Translations under genes and position numbers: made by a program
The notes under the pieces: model-generated
What the model saw: the letters and a program-made list of their open reading frames with translations, nothing else
The model's database searches: none
Told to the model about the DNA's origin: nothing
Part shown: piece after piece, positions 19,772-28,800 of the stretch
How the letters are laid out: each line of letters begins with the position of its first letter
Position numbering within the stretch: position 1 is the first letter of the stretch
NCBI GenBank assembly: GCA_021498095.1
Contig: JAIZWK010000001.1
Span: forward strand, 3,150,001 to 3,182,000
DNA: 32,000 nucleotides
Source of the DNA: Candidatus Harpocratesius repetitus
GTDB taxonomy: Archaea > Asgardarchaeota > Lokiarchaeia > Sigyniarchaeales > Promethearchaeaceae
Direction of reading: 5' to 3'

Positions 19772-19892
19772 ATAAAAAAACAGTGGATATTAGGTCTATT
19801 ATATCAAAAATTCGAATTATAGAACCATTTACAGGAATTTTATAGATCAAAACAGCGAAAAACTTAAATTATCTGACTCCAATTATTATTTC

Positions 19893-20915
19893 ATGACCGT
19901 TCTACTCAGATCAAGAAAAAAGTTGACCTGTTGTTCGGATCCAAAAATTAAAAATGTCGATGGATTTCGCACATGTGTTAATTGTGGAACAGTCGTGGAA
20001 AGAATACAAATAGCTGAACAAAATTTTTCACAATATGAAATTCTTCAGAAATTTTCTCAAAAAAAGCGAAAGGTTTCTTTAGTAGAAAAGAAAATTTTAG
20101 AATTTAATCCTGTAATACCACGAACATTACAAATGTATCAATCGATTCCGAACAGAAGAATTTTGTCAGGTTATCCTGCGAAATGTATAATTGCAGCTAT
20201 CGGCTTTTATCAATGCGAACATATATTTTTCAGAGAACAAAATTGGTCAATCAAAGATCTTTTTCTAATCAGCCAAATTTACGGAAAAATTGGAGGAAAA
20301 GGACCAATTGCTCAAAATTTTATGTATCAAATTCTGAGCAATTTACAGAGCCAAAATACGAGCAAAAATGAAAAGAAATATGCTCTAAGAATATTGAGAC
20401 ATTATTACAAGAGATTACTTCTGCTCAGCAAAGATAATAACGAATTAAGGCATTTTGTAGATCTTTCCCAAAATCTAATTACCTCTAAAAATTTCAGTTT
20501 TTTTATTGGAATTGCAGAAAAAATTATAAATAAACCAATTCCGAATGCCCTTGGTAAAAAAGAGATTTCTAATTCAATTTTTTATAAAATTAAACGTTGG
20601 ATTTCGCTTAAAACCCAAGAGTTTCGAATTTTTTTCTTGAAAATTAAGGATGTACTTAAAAATGTCACTTGCAAACATACTGGGGAGCAAACTTGGCATT
20701 ATAACAATTTTGTCAATAATTGCTCTAGTTACCATTTTTGTAGTAATAAAGCGGAAAAGAAAAGCTCTAAACCTGAACTTCTTGTCCAGAAAAAAAGAAG
20801 CACCTCGACTACTATCACAAAATTTAAATTCTTCTCGCATGGCTCAAGCAAGATCAGGTATACAAATTATATCGAAGCGCGTTTTGCGCCGCAGAATGTA
20901 ATAGGAGGTTCATAG
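19893..20915 (+). CDS. TFIIB/TFB-like protein (Zn ribbon plus partial cyclin-like repeat)
   Basis: N-terminal CCSDP...DGFRTCVNCGTV matches the TFIIB zinc ribbon. ILSGYPAKCIIAAIGFYQC resembles the cyclin-fold G....iaAa.lY.aC motif. The rest is divergent. Confidence 0.55.
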   Translation: MTVLLRSRKKLTCCSDPKIKNVDGFRTCVNCGTVVERIQIAEQNFSQYEILQKFSQKKRKVSLVEKKILEFNPVIPRTLQMYQSIPNRRILSGYPAKCIIAAIGFYQCEHIFFREQNWSIKDLFLISQIYGKIGGKGPIAQNFMYQILSNLQSQNTSKNEKKYALRILRHYYKRLLLLSKDNNELRHFVDLSQNLITSKNFSFFIGIAEKIINKPIPNALGKKEISNSIFYKIKRWISLKTQEFRIFFLKIKDVLKNVTCKHTGEQTWHYNNFVNNCSSYHFCSNKAEKKSSKPELLVQKKRSTSTTITKFKFFSHGSSKIRYTNYIEARFAPQNVIGGS

Positions 20916-20917
20916 AG

Positions 20918-21325
20918 ATGTTAAATATTGGGGCATTAGTGTCCATGGCTGGCGGCGGCAATCCGATAGTTCCTATAGTTCTATTGGGAGGATTAGAAAT
21001 TGGAGGATTTCTGCTATTCAAGAAGATTAATCCTTTAAATAAAGTAAAAGCTTTATTTAGCAGAATGAAAGAAAAGGCAAATAAACGCCGAGAAAAAAGA
21101 AAAGAAGAATTCAGAAAATTCGGAGCACGTACAAAAAGTGATCTGGCAAAAGCTAAAAAAGCGCCCGCAGTTGATACAATTTGCCCGAAAACGACGCAAT
21201 CAGCGCCATCAAATCCGTCACCAGCTGTTCCTCCAAAGAAGTATTCAATCCACGCTCCACCTCGATTATCGGCACATCGTAAATCCCACAAACATATTCC
21301 AGAAATGGAAACCCGAATCTTGTGA
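20918..21325 (+). CDS. Small hypothetical protein with an N-terminal hydrophobic helix and a basic segment
   Basis: Starts 2 nt after the TFB-like stop. IVPIVLLGGLEIGGFLLF is followed by a K/R-rich stretch. The last 173 nt overlap tnpA on the opposite strand. Confidence 0.45.
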   Translation: MLNIGALVSMAGGGNPIVPIVLLGGLEIGGFLLFKKINPLNKVKALFSRMKEKANKRREKRKEEFRKFGARTKSDLAKAKKAPAVDTICPKTTQSAPSNPSPAVPPKKYSIHAPPRLSAHRKSHKHIPEMETRIL

Positions 21326-21755
21326 GCCGATCCTTATATGCAATCAGCACCCGTGCCACCTTCCTCTGCTCAATTTGCTTCAACAGCCGCCACAATCCTC
21401 TGCGCATCGGATTCAAGCCTGAACCGTATTCTTTAATAATTTTTGCAGGTGATTCATCAGTAAAATGCTTTTTGTGATATTTTTTCAATCGTTCGACCTG
21501 TCTGTCAAGATTTCCATCTTTCTTTTGTTTGGCGGATGAGACTCTGGCATAAATATAGGTCGATTTTACAGTTTCTTCTGCTGGTTGGCACGGTAGATTA
21601 ACCGATTCGGGCAGAAAATCCACCAATTGTTCCCATGAATACCGTCGGTGATTTCCAAATGTCCTTTTAGGAACGAGGTATCCTTTTTTATCCCATCTGC
21701 GTAGAGTTGCAGGAGTAACTCCAAGAAGGCGTGAAGTTTCGGAAATAGTCAGCAT
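21153..21755 (-). CDS. tnpA: IS607-family transposase TnpA (MerR-type HTH plus serine recombinase)
   Basis: MLTISETSRLLGVTPATLRRWDKKG...GNHRRY HTH; catalytic YARVSS; EYGSGLN; KDRLTRFGF; C-helix LVTDLMALIASFSGKLY. Confidence 0.95.
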   Translation of the reverse strand: MLTISETSRLLGVTPATLRRWDKKGYLVPKRTFGNHRRYSWEQLVDFLPESVNLPCQPAEETVKSTYIYARVSSAKQKKDGNLDRQVERLKKYHKKHFTDESPAKIIKEYGSGLNPMRRGLWRLLKQIEQRKVARVLIAYKDRLTRFGFPFLEYVCGIYDVPIIEVERGLNTSLEEQLVTDLMALIASFSGKLYQLRALF

Positions 21756-21775
21756 AGAATTAAATTTGGGGAAGA

Positions 21776-21785
21776 TATATATAAA
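21776..21785 (-). promoter_or_regulatory. Archaeal TATA box for tnpA
   Basis: TTTATATATA on the minus strand, 20 nt upstream of the tnpA ATG, consistent with a leaderless archaeal transcript. Confidence 0.55.
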
Positions 21786-21797
21786 TTAGGCGATCAA

Positions 21798-21813
21798 TGA
21801 TCAAGTTTGATCA
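21798..21813 (+). repeat. 16-bp repeat copy B (TGATCAAGTTTGATCA), candidate left end / TnpA-binding site
   Basis: Reverse complement of 9209-9224. Flanked by an extra half-site CGATCA (21791-96) and a degenerate copy TGATAAGTTTTATGATA (21830-46). Confidence 0.7.
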
Positions 21814-21856
21814 AAAATTTTTTTGCTGTTGATAAGTTTTATGATAGTCAATTCTT

Positions 21857-22654
21857 TTATTTAAATAATTTCTCAATATAATTAAAGAGAAAATCAAATG
21901 GAACACCTCTTGAACTAATATTCCAGATTTTTTTTTTAGGATCAACTGATCGAATTACTAAATATCGATCATTTTCAAGATATTTTTCGGTTCGTTGAAA
22001 TAGTTGAAAATTTGAAAATCTCAATTCAGATTCAATTTTTAACTGTAAAGCAGGAAAAATTATATCATCATGATTTTTTAAAATTGGTTCATGATTTTTC
22101 ATAGTTCTTTCTATAATGATTTTCATCTCAGGAAATTGAGAATAAATTTTTTCTTCTTCATCTATAAAAGTTAAATCGAAATTGGAAACTTCCCAAAATA
22201 ATGGAGATTTTTTTTCGTTTTGAAAACAATTAGGATAGCAATATGAGTAGAATCTTTTTTCCATGATTTCTTCAATTAATTTAGAAAGTTGGTTAGTTTT
22301 CTGAGATATTTCTTTCCATTCTTCATTTGTAAAATCAATTCCCCGGATATTTATATCAAAATAATACCCATTTTGACCAAATCCTAAATTTATATGATCA
22401 ATCATTTGATCAAGCAAGTTATCATTCATTTTTATGAATTCAAAGCGAAATGTGGGATGAATTCTTCCAAGAACTCTATTTTGAGCAGGTTTTTTATAAT
22501 AAGGTATATCCGTCTGGCAATTTAAATTAGTTTCAATAATGGATTTAATGTCCTTCAAATTATTTCCAAATTCTTCAATTTTATATTGAGGTGAATGCCA
22601 TACTTTTATTTTTCCAACAATAAAAGGACTTTCTGATAGAATTTTCATATTCAT
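21857..22654 (-). CDS. Hypothetical protein
   Basis: 265-aa open frame with no recognised motif. Confidence 0.6.
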   Translation of the reverse strand: MNMKILSESPFIVGKIKVWHSPQYKIEEFGNNLKDIKSIIETNLNCQTDIPYYKKPAQNRVLGRIHPTFRFEFIKMNDNLLDQMIDHINLGFGQNGYYFDINIRGIDFTNEEWKEISQKTNQLSKLIEEIMEKRFYSYCYPNCFQNEKKSPLFWEVSNFDLTFIDEEEKIYSQFPEMKIIIERTMKNHEPILKNHDDIIFPALQLKIESELRFSNFQLFQRTEKYLENDRYLVIRSVDPKKKIWNISSRGVPFDFLFNYIEKLFK

Positions 22655-22731
22655 TTCTCTTTATATGTTTTTTTTGGAAATTAGATTTAATTAAATTTAA
22701 TTGTTGATAATTGTATAAAATTAAAATAATA

Positions 22732-23526
22732 TCATGCAACTAGTGTAGCAGATGCAGTTTCATTAATTTCCTTATTTTTTAAGTTTTTAGATTCATTATG
22801 ATCATTCAAATAGATAATTTTATCAAACATTTCATCAAATTCTTCATTTAGAAATTTTATGTCGGATAATTGATTCGAATTATATCTTAATTTGTACATC
22901 TTTTTATGCATAAATGGGCGAATAATATTTTCGTTTTTATTGTAAAATTCTATTTTATGGGGGTTTTCAATAAATTTTGCCATTTCTTCGTTAATCTGAG
23001 AAAGAAGACCTTGTGCTTTAAATTTACCTTTTAAACTTAAGTAAACAGCAGTAATTTTTTGTTTGCTATTCAAAACTCGAATATATTCGGATTTTTTTAA
23101 TTGAGATATTATTTTTTTCCTTTGATCAGATTTAATTTGAGATTTAGGCATAGAATTAAATTTTGAATAAGCAATACAATTTACATTATAACTATTTCTG
23201 AAATCAATAATAGAGTTTAAATCAATTCTATTTTTTGAATCAAATGCTTTTTCTAAAAATAAATAAATAATAAGCTGGTTTTCTAAATTAAAATTACTGA
23301 AATATTTCGAGTGTGTGCAGATGAAAAATTCTTTTTTTTGCTTGTTAATCTCAATTTCAGGTGCAAATTTTTGAATAAAATAAATAAGATTTAAATAATC
23401 TTGAGTCGTTTTCCAATGAATATTTGACTTTTCTTTTAATGAATTAATGTTGAATGCTTTTCCTCTTCGATAACCATTCAATACATTTAAGATATCTGCA
23501 ACAATGTCAATTGGTTTTCTTTTCAT
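22732..23526 (-). CDS. Winged-helix DNA-binding protein (possibly tandem wHTH)
   Basis: RKPIDIVADILNVL...NINSLKEKSNIHWKTTQDYLNLI resembles archaeal wHTH regulators. IISQLKKSEYI...VYLSLKGK is a second wHTH-like segment. Confidence 0.55.
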   Translation of the reverse strand: MKRKPIDIVADILNVLNGYRRGKAFNINSLKEKSNIHWKTTQDYLNLIYFIQKFAPEIEINKQKKEFFICTHSKYFSNFNLENQLIIYLFLEKAFDSKNRIDLNSIIDFRNSYNVNCIAYSKFNSMPKSQIKSDQRKKIISQLKKSEYIRVLNSKQKITAVYLSLKGKFKAQGLLSQINEEMAKFIENPHKIEFYNKNENIIRPFMHKKMYKLRYNSNQLSDIKFLNEEFDEMFDKIIYLNDHNESKNLKNKEINETASATLVA

Positions 23527-23817
23527 CTTAGATTCATCTACTTTTTAATATTAAATAAAAAAGGAATTTCATTTTGACAAATTCCTCAAATGCTAAATAA
23601 AAAAAGTGTAGTAAATAAATATATCTTCATTATAATATATTTTATTAAACTAATTTAAGATTATTCATTATAATGAAATATTTTTAAATTTATTAATAAA
23701 TCCCTAAAAATTCAATTTCCAATTTTTGATTAAAATTACTCTTCTATTTTTATAAAAAACCAATATCCAATCTTTTGTTAAAAAAGATAAAGTAGATCTC
23801 ATCAATAGCAGATAAAA

Positions 23818-24474
23818 ATGAACGACAAAAAAGAATTATTTTTAAAATTGAAAAAAGATCCAATTACGCTATATCTAATTTACCAAATCTTTATAAATAG
23901 AACAGATAAATTGCCTGACTTTATGGATAAAGGCAAATTGATAAAAATTCTTAGTCGATATGATTTAGCTGAAAAACAAATAAAAAAGAAACATTCCCAC
24001 AAAAATTCATTAATACTTTTAACAGAAGGAAAAAAATTTGCAAAGTATTTAAAAGAAAGGGGCATTTTTTCCATTTTTCAATCAAGTCCATTATCTTCTC
24101 AAGAGGAATTCGAAGAGTATTATATGATTCATCTCCAAAATATTGAAAATGCTTATGAATGGCAGACAAACTATGATAATTATGAAATTCTTGAACTTTA
24201 TGGTATAAAACCAATAAATGTAGAATATATTCAAGATAATACAAGATTTAAAATAATTAAATTTCGATGTCTTGATTCTATAGAAGGTCAATTTGAGTTC
24301 GAATTATTTTTTAAATGTAAAAGATGTAATAAAGAAAACATATTTACAATCCAAATAAAATACTCAGAAGATGAATATGCACCGAAATATTTTGATGAAT
24401 CATGTAAAAAATGCGGATTAATTTTTCATTCCGATACATTCTTTAAAAGATTTAGTATGTTTGAAAAAAAATAA
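23818..24474 (+). CDS. Hypothetical protein with a wHTH-like N-part and a C-terminal CxxC...CxxC zinc-binding motif
   Basis: ILSRYDLAEK...LLTEGKKFA; CKRC and CKKC near the C-terminus. Confidence 0.5.
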   Translation: MNDKKELFLKLKKDPITLYLIYQIFINRTDKLPDFMDKGKLIKILSRYDLAEKQIKKKHSHKNSLILLTEGKKFAKYLKERGIFSIFQSSPLSSQEEFEEYYMIHLQNIENAYEWQTNYDNYEILELYGIKPINVEYIQDNTRFKIIKFRCLDSIEGQFEFELFFKCKRCNKENIFTIQIKYSEDEYAPKYFDESCKKCGLIFHSDTFFKRFSMFEKK

Positions 24475-24502
24475 ATAATTTTTGTTTTAAATCAGATTTT
24501 CT

Positions 24503-24976
24503 TTATTCGTTATAAATAGCGATAGATCCTTCAGATTCAGCGACTTCTACTTGTAATTTATAATTAAAAAACTGCTTTTTCAGAAGTTTGAAGATATATT
24601 CAGCCAGTAATTCAGCTGTAGTAGCAGGTATTGGTAACAATCTTACATCAATTTTAGGAAAGACATAGCGCTTTCCATTAAAGTGTACTTCGATTTCATC
24701 AGCTTGATCAACTGGTGTTTTTATTTCTTGAATATGGATGAATTCACTTTTTGCTGGGAGTAAAACTGCATGATCTAGTCCTGATATGATATCATTAAGA
24801 CTAGATTTTATTTCATAAAAATCAACTACAAAAAAATGCTCATCAAGTTTACCAGTAAGTTCTACATTTACTGAATAATTATGGCCATGCAGTCTCGAGC
24901 ATTTATCATGTTGATAAAGAAAATGAGAAGCGGAAAATTTCAAACGTGGATCGGAAATTCTTACAGTAAACGGCAT
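24503..24976 (-). CDS. queD: 6-carboxy-5,6,7,8-tetrahydropterin synthase
   Basis: FSASHFL, CSRLHGHNY, LDH, TAELLA and VAES motifs. ATG 24976 follows an AGGTGAG RBS, 1 nt after the queC stop. Confidence 0.9.
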   Translation of the reverse strand: MPFTVRISDPRLKFSASHFLYQHDKCSRLHGHNYSVNVELTGKLDEHFFVVDFYEIKSSLNDIISGLDHAVLLPAKSEFIHIQEIKTPVDQADEIEVHFNGKRYVFPKIDVRLLPIPATTAELLAEYIFKLLKKQFFNYKLQVEVAESEGSIAIYNE

Positions 24977-24977
24977 T

Positions 24978-25697
24978 TTAATACTCACCTTTTTTAATAA
25001 CTTCATATGAAAGTGGATCTACTGCATTATTAGCTGCAAATGCTTTTAATCGTTCATCACAACTTCCACATTGACCACAAGCTAATTCTCCTCCTTGATA
25101 ACAAGTCCAAGTTAATGAATAATCAACATTTAATTCCAAGCCTTCTTTAACAATATCTGCTTTAGATATATTAAGATAGGGCACTTCTAGTTTGATTGGC
25201 CAATAATGACAAAGTTTTGCAACTTGTTGCATAACAGATACGAATTCAGGGCGGCAATCAGGATAAATTGCATGATCTCCAGAATGTGCACCATAATAAA
25301 CGGATTCTGCGCGAATTGATATTGCATATGCTAAAGCAAGACTTAACATAATCATATTTCGATTGGGAACAACAGTATCCATCATAGATTCATCATCATA
25401 TTCCCCATGTGGGATTTTTGTTTCAGAGGTCAGCGCGTTTGCACCAAAAATTCCTGCTTTTGTTATTTTTTCTAATGAAATTATTTTATGGGGAAGATTG
25501 AATTTTTCGCAATTTTTAGCTGCAAATTGAACTTCTTTCACATGTTTTTGCCCATAACGAAAAGTAAGACAGTAGATCTCTTTTTTTTCTCTAAGTAATC
25601 GATAAAGTAAAGTAGTAGAATCAAGTCCACCTGATAAAATTAAAACGACACGATTTTTTATAAAACTTTCATCGTTATCAAAATGAGATGAATTCAT
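24978..25697 (-). CDS. queC: 7-cyano-7-deazaguanine synthase
   Basis: PP-loop LSGGLDS, VPNRNMIML, YPDCRPEF and TWTCY..G..ACGQCGSC Zn site. Confidence 0.95.
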   Translation of the reverse strand: MNSSHFDNDESFIKNRVVLILSGGLDSTTLLYRLLREKKEIYCLTFRYGQKHVKEVQFAAKNCEKFNLPHKIISLEKITKAGIFGANALTSETKIPHGEYDDESMMDTVVPNRNMIMLSLALAYAISIRAESVYYGAHSGDHAIYPDCRPEFVSVMQQVAKLCHYWPIKLEVPYLNISKADIVKEGLELNVDYSLTWTCYQGGELACGQCGSCDERLKAFAANNAVDPLSYEVIKKGEY

Positions 25698-25810
25698 ATA
25701 CGATATTCAATGAAACTTGATTTATTGATTTTGATACTTTCATTCGTATTAATAATAATAAAAAGAAAATGAGAAAAAACTAGATAAATTCGAAAAAAAT
25801 AGGATTACAA

Positions 25811-28800
25811 TTAAGATGCTATTTTTCTTCTTTTTTGGAACAGATATACCATAAAGAGCGAGCAAAAAGTGCTAATTATAAGTAAACTCAGCGAATATCC
25901 AGGAATTGAAGAAAAAGGACTAGTGAATGGTGACTCATCATCTGAAGTATTATCACTAGACGTATTAGATGTATCATCGCTTGTGTTTGTTGTATCATCA
26001 GTTGTTGTATTTGTAGTATCATCAGTTGTAGTATTAGTGGATGTTCTTTCAACAATTTCAACACTAATATTTGAAATCCCGGTCAAACCTTCTTTTGTAA
26101 AGAAATAAATGCCAATTTCATATACTCCAGGATTCCAATTGATTATTAAATAAGAGATTTGTTGCTCATTCTGATATATTCCGGTTATAAGAGTTTTAGA
26201 TTCAGATAATTCAATGATTTGATATGATGTTGGAGTATAACCTTCAGGAACATGTGGAATCCACCAAATTGAGGCAGAACTATCTTCATATAAAATAACA
26301 TCATCAGATTTTGTTATTTCAAATTCAGGAAATGGAAAAATTTCTACTGTGATATTACAAAAACCTGTAACATTCTCGACTGTATAGAAATATGCCCCTA
26401 TGCAGTAAAGTCCAGGACCCCAACCGGTCATGTCGAAATATACCGTAGTACCATTGGAATAACTCGAGTCTCCACCCAATATTGTGCCACCACCCCATAC
26501 ATCAACTATTTCATAATATGTGGGAGTCAAAACTCCGTATAAATATGGTGTCCATGAAAGAATTAAGGTTTGGTTGAAATATACTGAGATATATGTAGGT
26601 TGTTCAATAAAGATTTTTGGAACTGAAACATCAAAAATCTCCACCGTGATATTGCAAAATCCAGTGACATTCTCAGATGTATAGAAATATGCTCCAATGC
26701 AGTAAAGTCCAGGACCCCAACCGGTCATGTCGAAATATACCGTAGTACCATTGGAATAACTCGAATTTCCAGCTAATATTGTGCCACCACCCCATACATC
26801 TACGATTTCGTAATTAGTAGGAGTCAAATCTCCGTATAAATACGGTGTCCATGAAAGAATTAAAGTATCATTAACATTGGCAGAGCGATAAGTTGGTTGT
26901 TCAACATAGATTTCAGCGCTTGGAACATCAAAGATCTCCACCGTGATATTGCAAAATCCAGTAACATTCTCAACTGTATAGAAATATGCTCCGATACAGT
27001 AAAGTCCAGAACCCCAACCGGTCATGTCGAAATATACAGCAGTACCATTGAAGTAACTCGAATCTCCACCTAATATTGTGCCACCACCCCAAACATCTAC
27101 GATTTCATAGTTTGCAGGAGTCAAAGCTCCGTATAAATACGGTGTCCATGAAAGAAGAAGTGTTTCATTGAAATTAGCTGATAAATAGGTTGGTTGTTCA
27201 ATATAGATTTTTGGACCCGAAACATCAAAAATCTCCACCGTAATATTACAAAAACCTGTGACATTCTCGACTGTATAGAAATATGCACCAATGCAGTAAA
27301 GTCCAGGACCCCAACCGGTCATGTCGAAATATACAGCAGTACCATTGAAGTAACTCGAATCTCCACCTAATATTGTGCCACCACCCCAAACATCTACGAT
27401 TTCATAGTTTGCAGGAGTCAAAGCTCCGTATAAATACGGTGTCCATGAAAGAATTAATGTTTCATTGAAATTAGCCGATAAATAGGTTGGTTGTTCAACA
27501 TAGATTTCAGCGATTGGAACATCAAAGATTTCAACAGTAATATTACAAAAACCTGTGACATTCTCGACTGTATAGAAATATGCTCCGATGCAGTAAAGTC
27601 CAGGACCCCAACCGGTCATGTCGAAATATACAGTAGTACCATTGAAGTAACTCGAATCTCCACCTAATATTGTGCCACCACCCCAAACATCTATGATTTC
27701 GTAATTTGCAGGAGTTAAAGCCCCGTATAAATACGGTGTCCATGAAAGAATTAATGTTTCATTGAAATTAGCCGATAAATAGGTTGGTTGTTCAATATAG
27801 ATTTCAGTGTTTGGAACATCAAAGATTTCAACTGTAATATTACAGAAACCTGTGACATTCTCGACTGTATAGAAATACACACCAATGCAGTAAAGTCCAG
27901 GACCCCAACCGGTCATGTCGAAATATACCGTAGTACCATTGAAGTAACTCGAATCTCCACTTAATATTGTGCCACCACCCCAAACATCTATGATTTCGTA
28001 ATTTGCAGGAGTTAAAGCCCCGTATAAATACGGTGTCCATGAAAGAATTAATGTTTCATTGAAATTAGCCGATAAATAGGTTGGTTGTTCAATGTAAATA
28101 GAATAATTGACTGCTTCAACATGAATAATTTTAGATGTTGAATTCACATCACCATCATTATCAGTAATTGATAATTGAACAATAAAATCTCCTGAATTAT
28201 TGAAAATATGAGTCGGATTTGCTAAATTTGAAAATTCTCCATCTCCAAAATCCCAATGATATTCTGTAAAAGGTTGGTTTCCACGAGTCGTTAAATCGGT
28301 AAAACTTACAGTATCATTTACTTTAACATTGATAGGATCATAGGAAAAATCAACTTGTGGAATGTTATCTGGTGTATTTGGATCAGTATTATAAATGAAT
28401 ATTTCATCTCCATCATAGAGTTCATCTCCATCACTATCAGGATTTGCAGGATCTGTATTATATACGTTTAGTTCATCTCCGTCAAGAAGATTATCTGAAT
28501 CAGTATCAGGATTAAGCGGATCAGTATGGGTTGAAATTCTTTCAATTGTTCTATCGGAACTTGGAAAATTATATAGGGTGCCGTCATAACCATTCTCACT
28601 CTGATCATGACAAATATCTCCGGTAGTATTTTCAAAGTCATAATATAGAACCATATCATCCGCAGGATTTGTATTATTCTTTAAATCAATTATCTCACTT
28701 AATGATAATTCTCGATTATAAATTCGAAATTCATCAAAATAAAATGTAGCAAAGTATTTTGCTGATCCCAAAGAATTTTCGCATCCAATATATAAAGGAC

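Larger units (their letters stand above)
9209..21813 (-). mobile_element. Putative ~12.6-kb IS607-like cargo-carrying element (TnpA + TFIIB-like + AAA ATPase + giant RuvC protein)
   Basis: IS607 TnpA at one end, a co-oriented TnpB/Cas12-type RuvC gene at the other, and an exact 16-bp inverted repeat just outside both. The exact crossover sites are not resolved. Confidence 0.65.

Noticed and set aside
25960-26040. Short TDDTTNT-type tandem repeats as a regulatory VNTR
   Set aside because: They encode the ordinary Thr/Asp-rich linker before the membrane anchor.
27543-28040. Duplicated 66-aa ORFs
   Set aside because: Alternative-frame by-products of the 297-bp repeats.
26320-28101. CRISPR array for the Cas12-like protein
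   Set aside because: The period is 297 nt, in frame within a CDS, with no unique spacers. I saw no 25-45-bp repeat-spacer array anywhere in the window.
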